Shown in pieces: positions 22,550 through 34,300 of a stretch of 64,000 nucleotides of DNA (within the stretch, counting starts at the first letter, position 1; every line of letters starts with the position of its first letter). The stretch is from an uncultured Verrucomicrobiae bacterium (lineage in GTDB: Bacteria; Verrucomicrobiota; Verrucomicrobiia; Palsa-1439), in the NCBI GenBank assembly GCA_963812605.1, contig CAWEWF010000001.1, forward strand, positions 608,001 through 672,000, given 5' to 3'. Both the position numbers and the translations under genes were made by a program. The notes under the pieces were generated by a model. That model did not search any database, was not told the origin of the DNA, and was given only the letters and a program-made list of their open reading frames with translations.

Positions 22550-24556
22550 ATGAAAGATCGAACTGGTTCCACTCGTTTCGCGGTTGTTGCCGTACTTTCC
22601 CTCGCCTTCGGTTTTCAGATCGCGTCGTCGCGCGCGCAGATGACGGACGTTCTGACTTATCACAACGACAACGCGCGGACGGGACAGGCCCTGCACGAGG
22701 AAGTGTTGAGGCCGGCCAATGTCAACACTAACCATTTCGGCAAGCTGTGGGTTCTTCCCACCGATGGCCTGGTGGATGCCCAACCGCTGTACGCGGCCGG
22801 TGTTTTGATTCCGGGCAAGGGAATGCACAACGTGTTGGTCGTAGCCACCGAGCACGACAGCGTGTATGCGTTCGATGCGGACTGCACGAACATCCTCTGG
22901 CAGGTTTCGCTGCTGGGCGGCGGCGAAACCACTTCCGATGACCACGGCTGTGGCCAGGTAACACCGGAGATCGGCATCACCGACACGCCGGTAATTGACC
23001 GGCAGCTTGGGACCAATGGCACGATCTTCGTCGTGGCGATGAGCAAGAGCGGGTCGAGCGCATATTTTCAGCGGATACACGCGTTGGACCTCGCCACCGG
23101 GGCCGACCGTATTCCCGCCGTCACCGTCACCGCCAGTTACCCGGCACCGGCGACAATAGCAGTGGCGGCAATGTCATCTTTGATCCCGCCAAATACAAAG
23201 AACGGCCCGGCCTGTTGCTGTTGAATGGCGTGATCTACACGGCATGGGCGTCGCATTGCGACGCCCGGCCCTACACGGGCTGGATCATGGGGTACGCTGA
23301 ACAAACGCTGGCGCAAACCAGTGTGCTGAACGTCACCCCGAATGGCAATGAAGGCGCGATCTGGATGGCCGGCGACGGTTTGGCCGCCGATGCCAATGCC
23401 AACATTTATTTTCTGGATGCCAACGGCCTCTTAGACACAAGTTTCAACGCGAGCGGTTTCCCCACCAATGGCGATTACGGCAACGCATTTATGAAGCTCT
23501 CCACGACCAGCAATGCGCTGGCGGTGGCTGATTATTTTGACATGTCCAACACCGTCGCGGAAAATAGTACGGACGAGGATCTGGGTTCCGGTGGCGAATT
23601 CTGTTGCCGGACATGCTCGACGCGCAAAATAATACGCGCCAGCTCGCGGTCGGAGCCGGCAAGGACCAGATCATCTACCTTGTCGACCGGATGAATATGG
23701 GGAAGTTCAGTCCCAGCACGAACGCCATTTACCAGCAGGTCAACGGTGTGCTCGCTGGCAAGCAGTATTCTACGCCCGCCTACTTCGACGGCATCCTTTA
23801 TTATGGCGCTGTCGGCGACCACATCAAAGCGCTCCCGTTCCAAAATGCCCGACTGGCGGCCGTATCATCGCAAACGCCCGGTACCTTCGCTTTCCCAGGC
23901 GCGACGCCGAGTATTTCGGCCAACGGCACATCCAACGGCATCGTGTGGGCCACGGAGAACAATACCACGGCGGTCTTGCACGCGTATAATGCGACCAATC
24001 TCGCCAACGAACTCTATAACAGCAGCCAGGCCGCCGGTAATCGCGATAACTTTGGCGTCGGCAACAAATTCATCACCCCAACGATCGCCAGCGCCCGCGT
24101 CTATGTCGGCACGACGAATGGTGTCGGCGTCTTCGGCCTGCTCGATCAGTCCACATTGACCCCGCTACAAACGTGGCGCAATAACCACTTTGGCAATCCG
24201 TCGAACGTCGGCGCGGGCGCCGACACCGCCAGCCCGGCGGAGACGGCGTGCCGAACCTGATCAAATACGCCCTCGGGTTGGATCCGTATACGCCCGCGGC
24301 CACCAGCCAGTTGCCGAGCGGAAGCATCCAGCCGGACGGTGGCCAGAACTATCTCACGCTGACAGCCAACTATGTCGCGCAGGCGCCGGATGTCACCTAC
24401 GCAGTCGAGGTCTCCGGCGATCTCCGAAGCTGGACGTTCGGCCCGCCATTTACCGTGACCCTCACCAACACCGCGACGCAGCTTACCGTGCGCGACAACG
24501 TACCCTTTGGCAGCGCGCCCATGCGCTTCATTCACCTACGGATCTCGGATCCGTAG
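22550..24556 (+). CDS. Secreted PQQ-like beta-propeller protein with C-terminal YALG.DP domain, three frameshifts
   Basis: DVLTYHNDNARTG, VDAQPLY, ATEHDSVYAFDA, PEIGIT.TPVID, GAIWMAG, DEDLGSGG, KFITPTIA, NLIKYALGLDP across four frames. Confidence 0.8.
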
Positions 24557-24601
24557 CGGGATCGGCGCCGTCTTGATTGAAGAACAGTTCGCCCCTGTAG
24601 G

Positions 24602-25696
24602 CTATTTCACCGGCTTGTCGCTCAAGAACACCGCGATGAACTTGAGCTCCGGAACATATTTGGCGATCACCGCCAGGCAGGCGGTCAACGGTGTCGCCAG
24701 CAACAGGCCGATCGGCCCCCATAGCCACGCCCAGAAGGCAATGGAGATGAGCATGGCCAGTTTCGAAATCCCAATGGTGCGGCCAAAAAAAATGGGTTCC
24801 AGGATCATTCCTACCAACGGCTCGAACACAACAAATATCCCGATAATAGCCAGGGGCTGTGTCCAGTTCGGTGACGTGGCCAAACTGACCGAGAGCGGAA
24901 GCGTCGCGGCAATCCAAATGCCGATGTAGGGAATGAACCGCAAGATCGCAATCGAGAAACCCCACAGCAACGCATACGGCACGCCGAGGAAGAACAAACT
25001 CACCCCAATCGTTGTCGCCACACAAGCGTTGACGACTGATTGCGCGACGAGATACTGCCCGACGAGCTGGCCCGCTTCATCCAGCGCCTTGCTCGCCGAA
25101 CTTCCTCGTTTGTCGCCCATCGACTGAATCATGCGAGCATGGAACTCGTCCCGTTCCAAGAGCATAAAAACCACCAGGACGATTACCAGCAGGATGTTAA
25201 AGAGCGATCCCAACACAGGTGAAACGATGGACAACAAGGAATGTGCCGTGTCATTTTGCACGGTCACCGGCACCGGTTGAGCACCTGATTTCTTGGGGGG
25301 CGTGTTGGTGGTTACGTCTCCAATCACTTCCTCCACCGTATCACGGGCCTTGGCCAGGGCCGTGCCTTTGCCGTCCCAGCGCAGGTCTTCGACCCGCTTC
25401 TTGATGTTTCCCTTGTAGGTCGGCAGTTTGTCGGCAAATTCTTTTACTTGTCCCGTGATCCCCCAGGCAATGACAACGATCAGTGAAAGGGCCAGGAACA
25501 TCACCAACACGACCGATAGGCTTCGCGGTAAACCAACTCGCTGAAAAGCCTTATCCACGGGAGCCAGGAGAAACGTGATTAATACGGCCAGGGCAATCGG
25601 CACCGCGACCTCACGGGCCAGCGAGAGACAAACAACCACCAGCACCAGGGCGGCCAGAATGATGAGGGAAGATAGTTTTCGGGAAACGATTTGCAT
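24602..25696 (-). CDS. AI-2E family transporter
   Basis: PIALAVLITFLLAP, LGVPYALLWG, LRFIPYIG, EP..FG, WAWLWGPIGLLLATPLT. Confidence 0.9.
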   Translation of the reverse strand: MQIVSRKLSSLIILAALVLVVVCLSLAREVAVPIALAVLITFLLAPVDKAFQRVGLPRSLSVVLVMFLALSLIVVIAWGITGQVKEFADKLPTYKGNIKKRVEDLRWDGKGTALAKARDTVEEVIGDVTTNTPPKKSGAQPVPVTVQNDTAHSLLSIVSPVLGSLFNILLVIVLVVFMLLERDEFHARMIQSMGDKRGSSASKALDEAGQLVGQYLVAQSVVNACVATTIGVSLFFLGVPYALLWGFSIAILRFIPYIGIWIAATLPLSVSLATSPNWTQPLAIIGIFVVFEPLVGMILEPIFFGRTIGISKLAMLISIAFWAWLWGPIGLLLATPLTACLAVIAKYVPELKFIAVFLSDKPVK

Positions 25697-25823
25697 TAGA
25701 CGCTATTTCCGGGATTGCTCTTCTCCATATATTTCAATCTTCCACATTTTCTTATGGTAAAACAATTGGGCACACTCCTGACGATTTCCTAAGCAATCAT
25801 CGGCTCGCTGGAGTAGGAGGTTG

Positions 25824-25868
<45 letters not shown>

Positions 25869-25918
25869 GGAGAGAGAGTGGGGATTAAAGAGTAAAAAGG
25901 ATCTATGAAGGAGAAAGA

Positions 25919-27472
25919 ATGATGAGTATGATTGCTGTAAGTAATTAGTAAAGATTAAAAGAGTAGTTTGAGTAGATAGGGAAATGTTGAGTTTGAGGTA
26001 AGGAGATTATTTATGTGTGTTTTAAGAAAAAAATGTAGTTGAATAGATGATAGGGTTGGTTTAGTTTATTTAGGAAGGGTTTTATAGGGATGAATAATTT
26101 ATTTATATGTAGATGATTAGATAGTGGATGAGTTGGTAAGTAGTTTGGATAAGAAGGGATTAATGTAGGTAAGGAAATTAAATAGGGTGTTAAACTATGG
26201 AAGTGTAAGGAGTGGTGATAATAGGGAGAACTGAAATAGTTAGAAAGTTACTTTAGGTTAGTGAGTTTATTTAGGAGGTTTTAGGGTAAGTTTAAAGGTA
26301 TTAGTTTGTAGTGGAAATGATATGGATTTTAGGTAAGGATATCACTGTTAACTGTTTTGAATATTGGGAGGTGATGATTAATAAGTTTTTTGAAATGGAA
26401 TTTTTAGGAAGGATAGTTTGTTAATATAATAGTAGTAGTTTTTAGTTAGAAGTGGTTCTGGTGGTGTTGTATAAGTATTAGAAGGTTATTTTGGGTGAAG
26501 AAGTATGTTTTAATTTTTTTTATTAAGAGTTTTTGATTTTTAAGGGCCACAGTTATGGTAAAGTGAAGTAAGTTACAGTAATGTAGAGTAGGTGGATTGT
26601 ATGATTTTTTAATTGAAAAGGGTTAGTGTAGTGGAAAAAATGAGTGAAGAATTGGTTTAGAAAAGAGTGGTGTTTGTTGAAGTGGAAAGATGGAGTTATG
26701 AATTTGAATAGAGGGTGAAGAAGTGGATATTATAATTTTAGGTGGAGATTGAAGAAAGTAAGAGTTTGGAATTTGAAATAGTGAGTGTTGTAGAGTGTTA
26801 ATAGTTTGTTTTGTTTATGAATTGTATGATGGATTTGTTTAGTAATTGAAGTTGATTGTTTATATGATATTGTTTTTGGAGAATTGATTTTAGAAAGTGG
26901 TGTTATTTATTGTGAATTAAGAAAAGTTTTTTAATTATGTTTTTTTATGTAGTAGATTAAATTAGGAATTTGGTGAAGTGATTTTATTTTGTTGAATTGT
27001 AAAAATAAGGATTATTTGTTGTTTTGTATTATATAGTGTGTAATATTTATTAATAGTTTGGGTTGAATTGTATAGTGTAATAGGATATTATATTTTTTTG
27101 TAATTTATAGTTTTAATTGTTATTTAGTTTTTTTGAATTGAGTAAGAAGTAGTGTATAAAGTTATTAAGTATGTTTAGGTGAAGTAGATTTTGATTATAT
27201 TTGTTAAAGTTGATATTAATTTTGTATTTATTGTTGAAGATGATGTTATTGGTTTGTTGTAGAATGTGTATGAGTTGTAAGTGATGTTATTGTGAATTAT
27301 GTAGTATTGTGTGTGATTAATTGGTGTTAAGTTTGAATTTTGTAATTAGAGTTTTAGTGGTGTTATTGTTAGTTGTTTATTTTTTGTTATTGGAATGTGT
27401 TGTTGTATAGGTGAATAGAAAGGGTAAAAGTAAAAAAGTGATGTAAAGTGAGAAGTAGTGATTGTTAAATAA
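25919..27472 (+). other. C-depleted remnant of a MEDS-HisKA_3-HATPase_c sensor kinase gene (boundaries approximate)
   Basis: Restoring C at T/A positions gives GDHLCVF (26002), VEMTWTLG (26311), CQYN (26419), HELHDGL.QQL (26816), IQLFRI.QEAVH.AIKHA (27122), EDD.IGL and IMQYRARLIG. Confidence 0.8.
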
Positions 27473-27512
27473 AGTAATAAATAAATTAATGAATAAAATA
27501 AGTAATACTCCT

Positions 27513-27603
27513 TAGGAAAACTGACTAGGCTGTGGCCAGCACTGTTCTGAGGGCGCAATCAGGTTGGCTGCCAATTGTTGCACCACAAGCGTTGTGTCAC
27601 GAT
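27513..27603 (+). promoter_or_regulatory. Three phased TAGGA-N5-TCCTA-like boxes plus sigma70 promoter of the BON gene
   Basis: Boxes at 27513, 27536 and 27560; TTGTTG 27575, 17 nt, CACGAT 27598. Confidence 0.6.
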
Positions 27604-27653
27604 ACACCCACACAGCAATGCGGAAAATCGACGGAAGAAGAAAGGAAATCAGC

Positions 27654-28232
27654 ATGAAGGCAATTGTCCTAAGCTCATTGATCGGAATTACCGGCTGCGC
27701 CATCGCGATAACAGTAACGGGGTGCGCCAGTACGCCGACCCACGAAAGCACCGGCGAGGTCATTGATGACAGTACGATCACGGCAAAAATCAAGGCGAAA
27801 TACGCTACGGACAAGGACGTCAGCGCAATGCAGGTGGGTGTTGAAACGTACAAGGGGGTCGTTCAATTGAGCGGCTTCGTTGACAACGATTACGCCAAGA
27901 AGAGAGCCGGTCAGTTGGCCAAGCAGGTGGCTGGAGTGACCCGTGTTGAAAACAATCTCATCATCAAGCCATTGTCCGGCAATGAGACGGTTCTTTCCGG
28001 AACCAATTCCGTTTCCGAGTACGAAGGCGAAGTGACCGCGGTTGATCCGACCAACAACACGATCACCGTCAAGAAGATGCTCATCAGCCACACCTTCCAG
28101 AATGCCACCGGACTGGACCGTCTCGGGGTGCATGTCGGCGACCAGGTTAAAGTTTCCTATCAGGATAAAGACGGGCAGAATAGTGTTGTCCGTATCGATG
28201 AAGTGAAGCCGAAGGACGCTCCCGCACAATAA
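27654..28232 (+). CDS. BON-domain (OsmY-like) lipoprotein with C-terminal OB-fold domain
   Basis: Lipobox VTGC; DDSTITAKIK...VETYKGVVQLSGFV...GVTRVENNL; then EGEVTAVD...VGDQVKVSY. Confidence 0.88.
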   Translation: MKAIVLSSLIGITGCAIAITVTGCASTPTHESTGEVIDDSTITAKIKAKYATDKDVSAMQVGVETYKGVVQLSGFVDNDYAKKRAGQLAKQVAGVTRVENNLIIKPLSGNETVLSGTNSVSEYEGEVTAVDPTNNTITVKKMLISHTFQNATGLDRLGVHVGDQVKVSYQDKDGQNSVVRIDEVKPKDAPAQ

Positions 28233-28329
28233 AGAAGACTTCATGGAGCGCCATCGCCCAACCCATGTCGATGACATCATGAAACGACGCGCTTTTCGGC
28301 CATCAGACCTTTTGTGATACACTTCTCAC

Positions 28330-31300
28330 GTGGTCTGGGAAACAGTTCAACAAGCATTCCGATTCTGGAACCCGCGCGGGGCCGCGCGGATTCCAGATCG
28401 GGGTGAGCGATCCAGCAAACCTGCCGATCCTCCCTTGCGGGCCGAACTCTTTAATCTCGACCAGCTTCGAGCCCATGCCAGCGAATTGGCGGGTCGCCAT
28501 CAGATCGTTGAAAGTCATGGGCCCAGTAAGCTGCACCGCCGGCTGGCTGAGAACGAGGCCGTCCTGGTCGATGCCTACGAAGTGGCGGCGGCAGCCGTGG
28601 CGGGCGGTCGCCGTGTCAACCTCGCAGTGGAATGGCTGCTGGACAACTTCTATCTCATCAAGGAGCAAATCACCATGGCGCGCCGGCATCTGCCACGCGC
28701 CTACAGCCGGCAATTGCCCCGATTGCAAAACGGGCCGCGGGCCGGCTATCCACGCGTGTACGACATCGCCCTGGAGTTGATTACCCACACGGATGGTCGC
28801 GTCGATGAGGAAAACCTGGCCACATTTGTCTCCGCCTACCAGAGTGTGGCGCCGCTGCGGCTCGGTGAATTGTGGGCGGTACCGATCATGCTTCGGCTGG
28901 CGTTGATTGAGAATATCCAGTGGGTGGCAGCCCACTTGGCCGGTCGGCGCCGCCAGCGTGAACTGGCGGGCGATTGGGCGGACCGTATGCTGGCTGTCGC
29001 CGAACGCGATCCCCGGCGTTTACCGGACCTTCTTGCCGACATGGCGCGGTCGGATCCTCCCTTTACAAGCCCGTTCGTCCAGGAATTCTGTGGCAAGCTG
29101 CAAGGGCAAAGTTCCGCGCTGGCGTTTGTGCTGGGATGGGTGGAGCACCGTCTCAGCGAAGAGGGCCTGAGTATGGAGCATCTGCTCCGTGCCGACAGCC
29201 AGTCATTAGCGGCCGACCAGGTTTCCATTGGTAACAGCATTGCGAGCCTGCGTTTCCTGGGAGCCATGGAATGGCGGGTGTTCATCGAGAAGATGAGCCT
29301 CACCGAACAGGTGCTGCGCCGTGACCCCGCCGGCGTCTATGCCAACATGACCTTCGAAACGCGCGATCGTTACCGTCACTGCATTGAAGAGTTGGCCCAC
29401 CATTCCCGCTCTACAGAACAGGAAGTCGCGAGCGCGGCCATTCAAATTGCCACGACAGCGGCTGACCGTGAGGGACCAACATCGCGAACGGCCCACGTGG
29501 GGTTCTATTTGGTCGATAAAGGTCGGCCGACCCTGGAACGCGCGATCCAGGCGCGGCAATCGGTCAAACAATTCATCGCGCGCTTCGCCCGCCGGTTCCC
29601 GTTATTCTGCTATCTGACGCCCATCCTGTTTCTCACCGTGGGAACAACTGCCTGGGTGATGATGTGTGTCTCGCGGTTCGAATTGAGCCCCTGGAGTTTT
29701 TGGTTTCTGACGGCTTTTACCTTCGTGGCGGTTTCGCAGACGGCGATTTCCGTGGTCAACTTGCTGGCAACATTTTTGATACCTCCCCATTCCCTGCCGC
29801 AATTGGATTTTTCTCGGGGCATACCGACGGAACAGAAGACGATGGTCGTTGTGCCAACGCTGTTAACCAGCGAGGAAGCGGTAGCACAACTGATTGAAGA
29901 TCTTGAGGTCCGTTATCTCGGCAATCGCGATCCGAACCTGCTATTCGCATTGCTCACGGACTTCGCCGATGCCCCGGAAGAAAACCAGCCCACGGATGCG
30001 GAATTACTCGAGCTGGTCCGACACGGTATTCGCACGCTCAACGAAAAATACGCCGCGGAGAAGACAGCCGTTTTCCACCTGTTCCATCGCCCCCGGGTCT
30101 ACAACCCCCACGAACGCATCTGGATGGGCTACGAGCGCAAACGCGGCAAGCTCGAGCAGTTTAATACCCTTCTGCGCAGTGGTTCCCGCGAGCCGTTCTC
30201 CGAGATCATCGGTGATCTTTCGATACTTCCAACGATCCGCTACGTGATCACACTGGACACGGACACCCAGCTTCCTCGAGATACCGCCTATAAACTTGTC
30301 GGAACCATGGCGCATCCCTTGAACCGGCCGCAGATTGACCCGCAAACGGGCCGGGTCTTCGAGGGCTACGCGATCCTGCAACCTCGGGCGGTCGTCGGGC
30401 TGCTGGCCGCGAGCCGTTCCCATTTCTCGCGCCTGAGCGTGGGCGACGCGGGGATCGATCCTTATACCCATGAAGTATCCGACGTCTACCAGGATATTTT
30501 CGGTGAGGGCTCCTATGTGGGCAAGGGGATTTATGACGTGGAAGCCTTTCACCGTTCCGTCGGCGGACGTTTTCCGGAAAACCTGATTCTCAGCCACGAT
30601 CTGGTGGAGAGCGGTTACGCGCGCTCCGCGTTGCTCGGCAGCGTGGAATTGTTCGAGGACCATCCGTCGAGTTATCTGGTTGACGTTAGCCGGCGTCATC
30701 GCTGGATTCGCGGAGACTGGCAAATTGCCGGCTGGCTTCGTTCGCGCGCGCCGGCGGCTGATGGCAAGCGTCAGCCCAACGCGCTGACCCGGTTGGCGCG
30801 ATGGAAGATCTTCGATAATCTGCGGCGGAGCCTCGTGCCGCCGGCGACGTTGCTGTTGCTATTTGTCGGTTGGGTGGTCGCGCCGCAACCGCGCGGATTT
30901 TGGACCTTGCTTGTCGTGGCGTTGACCGCCTTTCCCATGGTGGTGTCGGCACTTCTGGAAGGTCTGCGCAAACCTCCGGAACGGACGTGGCGAATTCACC
31001 TGGATGTCACTGCAAAATCCACAGCCCGGCAATTGGCGCTGGTGGGATTGGCGCTGGCCATGCTGCCCTATCGTGCCTTCATCAATTTTGACGCGATTCT
31101 CTGCTCCGGCGTGCGCATGTGGTTTACGCGACGCGGCCTGCTGCTCTGGCATACTCGTGATAACGCCCGCCGCAATGCGCGAGAGACGCTGGCGGAGTTT
31201 CACCAGGAAATCTGGATCACGCCAGCGTTGGGCTTGGCGGCGCTGGCGCTGTTTTGGACGACGCATCCGGAGGAGTTACTCATCAGCGGGCCCTTATTAC

Positions 31301-34300
31301 TCTCCTGGTTGCTGGCGCCCGCGGCGGCATGGTGGATCAGCCAACCGATTGCCCTTACAACGAGTGTCTTGACGGAAGATCAACGCGCATTTCTTCGGTT
31401 CACCGCACGCCAGACCTGGCGCTACTTTGAAGTGTTCGTCGGGCCGGAGGAGAACTGGCTGCCACCGGATAATTTTCAGGAGATTCCGGTTCCGACCGTC
31501 ACTTCCCGCACATCCCCGACGAATATCGGCATGGCATTGCTGGCCAATTTGGCTGCGTACGATTTTGGGTATATCACGGTTGGGCAGTTACTGGATCGAA
31601 CTGACGAGACAATCTCCGCGATGGAAAAACTGGAACATTACCGCGGCCATTTATACAACTGGTATGACACCCGCGCGATGAAAGCGCTGCATCCCTATTA
31701 CGTGTCGAGTGTCGATAGCGGCAACCTGGCCGGCGCCCTGTTTGCTTTGCGGGCCGGTCTTTGGGAACTCAAATCCCAGCCGGTTTTCTCAACGCGTACT
31801 TTCGACGGTCTCGCGGATACCCTGGCCATCTTGTCGTCCTTGCCGGGTTCGTCCGCTCCTTGGGAACGGTTGCGTGAGAAGCTTCCATCATCAATCCCAA
31901 CCCTCGCCGCTTCCCGGGATCTGCTACAGGAGCTCGAGCCGGGATGCGGCTGAATTGATCGCCGCTCTCCCGGAAAAGGGGATGCGCAATACAAATGGTG
32001 GGCACAGGCTTTCGAGGAACAATGTCGTGAAGCCGCGGCGAATTTTTCCCTGGTTGGACCCGAGATTCAGCACTTCAAAAACATCCCCACGTTGGCGGAG
32101 GCGGCGAAACTTTCCGACGGCAGCGGTCCCGCGGTTGCCTGTCTTAAGCGAATCGAAAGCCTGGCCGAGCGTTGCAGCGAACAGGCGGAAATGGATTTCT
32201 CCTTTCTGTATGATAACTCACGCGGTCTTCTTTCGATTGGCTATAACATCACCGACCGCCGATTGGATCCCTCGTACTACGATCTCCTCGCCTCGGAAGC
32301 GCGGCTGGCAAGTTTCATCCTTATCGCCCAGGACCAGGTGCCGCAGGACCACTGGTTTGCCTTGGGCCGAAAGCTTACCAGCGTCGATGGTAGCATGGCG
32401 CTTTTGTCCTGGAGCGGGTCGATGTTCGAGTATCTCATGCCCGTCCTGCTGATGCCCACTTACGAGAATACACTGCTTGATCAAACCTACCGCGTGGTTG
32501 TGGACCGCCAGATCGAGTATGGAGGTCAGCGGGACGTGCCCTGGGGTATTTCTGAATCCTGCTACAACGCAACCGATGCCAGCAGCGTCTATCAATATCG
32601 CTCCTTCGGAGTTCCGGGCCTGGGATTCAAGCGCGGCCTTGGCGAAGACCTGGTCATTGCGCCTTACGCTTCGGCGCTGGCGCTCATGGTCGCGCCGCGG
32701 GAAGCCTGTCGCAATTTGGAACTCCTGGCAAAGGATGGTTTCCGCGGCGCGTACGGATTCTATGAGGCCATTGATTTTACGCCGGCCCGGTTGCCGCTGG
32801 GCAAAACCAGCGTCGCAGTCCGCAATTTCATGGTACATCACCAGGGGATGGCATTGCTCTCCGTGGCGCACGTTTTATTGAACCGTCCCATGCAGCGACG
32901 ATTCATGTCCGATCCCTATTTCAAGGCGACCGATCTCTTGTTGCATGAGCGCCTCCCCGACTCGGCGGCGATGCTGCAGCCACATGCCCCGGAAGTCAGC
33001 GCCACGCGCAAACCTTACGACGAGCAGGAAACCGCCATGCGCGTGTTCACGACGCCCGATACGCCGCTGCCGCAACCTCACCTGCTTTCCAATGGTCGGT
33101 ATCATGTTATGGCCACCAACGCGGGGGGGGGATATAGCCGATGGAAAGGGCTGGCAATCACCCGTTGGCGCGAGGATGCCACGCGCGATTGCTGGGGCAC
33201 TTTTTGTTATTTGCGCGATGCTGCCAGCGGACGCTTCTGGTCCACCGCCTATCAACCAACGCTGCGTCCTTCGAAAAGTTACGAGGCGATTTTTGTTCCC
33301 GGCCGCGCCGAATACCGTCGCCGGGATGAGGGGATCGACACCCACACCGAAATCAGCGTCTCGCCGGAAGATGATGTCGAGGTGCGGCGCGTGACGGTCA
33401 CCAATTTCTCGCCGAACAGGCGCACGATTGAATTGACCAGTTACGCGGAAGTCGTTATCGCCCCGCAAAATACCGACCTGGCCCACCCGGCGTTCAGCAA
33501 TTTGTTCGTGCAAACCGAAATCCTTCGCGATCGAAACGCGGTGCTGTGCACCCGCCGTCCGCGTTCGCCCGCCGAAACGCCACCGTGGATGTTTCATTTG
33601 CTGACTACACAAGGCTCGCCGGCGGGCAACGCGTCCTTCGAGACCGACCGGGCGAAATTTATCGGACGCGGCCGAACGGCGGCCAATCCCCGGGCTTTTG
33701 ACAAAATTGCGCCCCTGTCGGATAGCGCCGGTGCGGTACTCGATCCCATCGTCGCGATTCGACAAGCGGTGATCATTGATCCGGACACTTCCGCCAACGT
33801 ACACATCATTTCCGGCATGGCAGAAACCCGGGACACCGCCCTGGCATTGATTGATAAATATCGCGATCCCAGTTTCGCGGCGCGCGCCTTCGAGATGGCC
33901 TGGTCGCACAGCCAGGTCGTGTTGCGAAATCTGCGGGCGACGGAAGCGGATGCGCAGCTCTTTGGCCAATTGGCGGCTTCGGTGCTTTTTGCCAACCAGC
34001 TCCATCGGGCCAACGCCAGCATCCTGGCGCGCAACCAGCGCGGGCAATCCGGCCTGTGGGGATTCGGCATCTCGGGGGATTTGCCCATCGTGCTGCTGCG
34101 AATTGGGGATTTGAACCGCGCCGATTTTGTCAGGCAGGTTCTCCAGGCCCATTCCTACTGGCGCGCCAAAGGACTGGAAGTTGACCTGGTGATCCTGAAC
34201 GAGGATTTTTCCGGCTACCGCCAGGCGTTACAGGACCGTCTGATGAGCCTGATTGCGGCGGCGACCGAGGCGCATCTGCTGGACAAGCCTGGCGGGATCT

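Noticed and set aside
27346-27558. 70-aa minus-strand ORF
   Set aside because: A by-product of the G-free minus strand of the corrupted region; composition is not protein-like.
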